Part shown: piece after piece, positions 62,494 through 64,000 of the stretch | How positions within the stretch are numbered: the stretch's first letter is position 1 | Layout of the letters: each line of letters begins with the position of its first letter | Assembly: GCA_903873705.1 (NCBI GenBank) | Contig: CAIQPK010000081.1 | Span: forward strand, 24,989 to 88,988 | DNA: 64,000 nucleotides | Direction: 5' to 3' | Source: an uncultured Acidobacteriota bacterium | Lineage (GTDB): Bacteria; Acidobacteriota; Terriglobia; Terriglobales; Acidobacteriaceae | Program-made: the position numbers and the translations under genes | The notes under the pieces: model-generated | The model's database searches: none | What the model saw: the letters and a program-made list of their open reading frames with translations, nothing else | What the model was told of the DNA's origin: nothing

Positions 62494-62520
62494 ATAGTGA
62501 AGAGTGAATAGTGAATAAGG
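62482..62520 (+). repeat. period-7 array (GTGAAGC AGTGAATA GTGAAGA GTGAATA GTGAATA AGG)
   Basis: It contains the GT21 stop codon (62491-62493) and the track start codon of the next ORF (62511). Confidence 0.88.
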
Positions 62521-63038
62521 CAAGAGCTACGGTATGTGAGAGGTTGGCGGTGGCGCCGGGGCGCGGGCTGGGGGCTGCGAATGCGGTGGCGGCGGAGGCG
62601 GTACGGTCGCCGGGGATGGTGGGGGAGTTGGTGGCGGCGTTGGGGGATGAGCGCGAGGTGGTGGTGGTGCGGGCGGCTAATGCGTTGAAGAAGGTGCAGG
62701 CCGCGAAGCCGGAGCGGGTGATGCCGTTTGCGAAAAAGATTTTGCGGGCGGCTATGGGGTGTGAGGTCTTGTTTGCGCGGTGGAGTTTGGTGCAGGTGGT
62801 GGGGGCGTTGCCGCTTCGAGGGCGGGATAAGGGGCTGGCCGTGGAGATGATGTTTGAGGCGCTGCGGGGGGAGGGTGGGTTGCTGCGGACGCTGGGGATG
62901 CAGGGGCTGGTGAATTTCTCTCGCGACGATGCGGCGCTGCGGCGGCGGGTGCGGCCGGTGGTGGAGGAGTTCCTGGCGAATGGGACGCCGGCGATGCGGG
63001 CGCGGGCGAGGATGCTGCTGCCGCTGGTGCGGGGTTGA
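62511..63038 (+). CDS. hypothetical alpha-helical (HEAT/ARM-like) protein
   Basis: 175 aa. Its helical-repeat-like composition resembles DNA-alkylation-repair/HEAT proteins. The GTG start lies inside repeat sequence, so the true start may be MVGELVAAL further downstream. Confidence 0.45.
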   Translation: MNKARATVCERLAVAPGRGLGAANAVAAEAVRSPGMVGELVAALGDEREVVVVRAANALKKVQAAKPERVMPFAKKILRAAMGCEVLFARWSLVQVVGALPLRGRDKGLAVEMMFEALRGEGGLLRTLGMQGLVNFSRDDAALRRRVRPVVEEFLANGTPAMRARARMLLPLVRG

Positions 63039-63151
63039 TCAGGATTTTGTTCGGGGGCTGATACTTTCCGGGGTGCGATTTCGATTGTCTTGGTGAAGGC
63101 CTGCTCCGGAGTGATTTGCGGATGAGGGCGGCCTCGACTGAGGAGATCGAC

Positions 63152-63718
63152 ATGCGGTACACATTTTCAGAATTCTCTGCTGGTAGCGTGCGTTTGCGTG
63201 CGCTGCTTATTCTTTGCGCGGCTGCCGGAATGATTGCGGGAACGGCGCGGGCGGACACGTTCAGCTTTTCGTTTTCTTCAAACAGCTACAGCGGATCGGG
63301 GCAGTTTACGGCGGATGCGACGGGGACGGCGGGAGAGTTCCTGGTGACGAGTATCCAGGGAACGATGAATGAAGGAGCAGGGGATGTGGCTATTGCGGCG
63401 CTGCTGCCGACGGGGTCGTTTGGGGCGAATGACAACCTTTTCCTTTTTCCTTCTCCCGGCAACCCTTTCACCGTTCATGGCGTGACGTTTGGGTTGGCGA
63501 ACAACGACCAGGTGAATCTCTTCGACGTAGCGTTGAACCTGTCGACGGTGGCCATCGTTCGGCCGATCGATGAGTTCAATGGCACACTTTTCCCGGCCGA
63601 AAGCCTGGACTTTGTGGCGACGGAGGCGGTCCCGGTAGCGGCGACGCCGGAGCCCTCTTCGCTGATGCTGCTGGGGACGGGTGTGCTGGGCGTGGTGGGG
63701 GCGAGGAGGAAGAGGGGA

Positions 63719-63736
<18 letters not shown>
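63152..63736 (+). CDS. PEP-CTERM sorting-domain secreted protein
   Basis: Track ORF trimmed to ATG 63152 (MRYTFSEFSAGSVRLRALLILCAAAGMIAGTARA). C-terminus TPEPSSLMLLGTGVLGVVGARRKRGVKSEK has the PEP motif, a TM helix and a basic cluster. Confidence 0.85.
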
Positions 63737-63882
<146 letters not shown>

Positions 63883-63922
63883 TCGGGGAGGGGAGGGAGT
63901 CTGGGCTTTGGGCCGCTGAGGG

Positions 63923-64000
63923 TTAGCTCTGCGGCTCGTCGGGGCGGTGGGGTTGGTTGGGGCCGCGGAGGGTGTCGTCGATGTCGCCTAGCTTGTCGGC
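63923..64000 (-). CDS. 3' end of an unidentified minus-strand gene (partial)
   Basis: The reverse translation ...ADKLGDIDDTLRGPNQPHRPDEPQS* is open to the window edge. It is too short to classify. Confidence 0.3.
   Translation of the reverse strand, partial: ADKLGDIDDTLRGPNQPHRPDEPQS

Overview
This is 64 kb of visibly high-GC bacterial chromosome. I saw no rRNA, CRISPR array, transposase, integrase or phage genes. The gene content suggests an Acidobacteriota (Terriglobia-like) origin: giant NHL/Ig-like and BNR/choice-of-anchor-D surface proteins, three orphan MacB/FtsX-type permeases, a PEP-CTERM protein, TonB-C paralogs and an ECF sigma factor. That origin is inference only. Layout: (1) 1-2797 is a partial FAD/Fe-S oxidoreductase that is missing from the ORF track because it runs off the window edge. 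(2) About 2830-3740 is a lower-GC islet with one orphan ORF. (3) 3744-21791 is a 16-gene array, all on the minus strand. It holds TetR, then cyt c / stand-alone CuA-type cupredoxin / cyt c, then an eight-gene polysaccharide export/assembly operon chained by 4-nt overlaps. That operon is bracketed by an NTP_transf_5-type nucleotidyltransferase and an HPr-kinase-related P-loop protein plus an MFS transporter. The array ends with an OmpR/HK two-component system, a coiled-coil porin and an amicyanin-like cupredoxin. (4) Next come a DHA2 MFS pump, a 1751-aa NHL/Ig-like protein coupled to a small OM barrel, an MHS transporter and a MacB-like permease. (5) A housekeeping block follows: rplI-rpsR-rpsF, pth-rplY-prs-tRNA-Gln-ispE. 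(6) Then vapBC, TonB-C paralogs (one decayed), rhomboid, prolyl oligopeptidase, and an ECF sigma with a TonB-C partner divergent from a ~1545-aa BNR/choice-of-anchor-D protein. (7) Then a flavoprotein, an rRNA methyltransferase, PAP2, class II photolyase, GNAT, two more MacB-like permeases split by a 23S-IVS-type four-helix-bundle gene, a CAT-like acetyltransferase, a GT21-like glycosyltransferase and a PEP-CTERM protein. The most unusual signal is a dense, modular family of intergenic repeats. Period-7 arrays carry a stop codon in all three forward frames and sit on or just after gene stop codons. Period-6 arrays are open in all six frames and always have the same strand polarity. Several conserved hairpin modules occur alongside them. 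All functional calls come from reading motifs by eye; no database search was possible.
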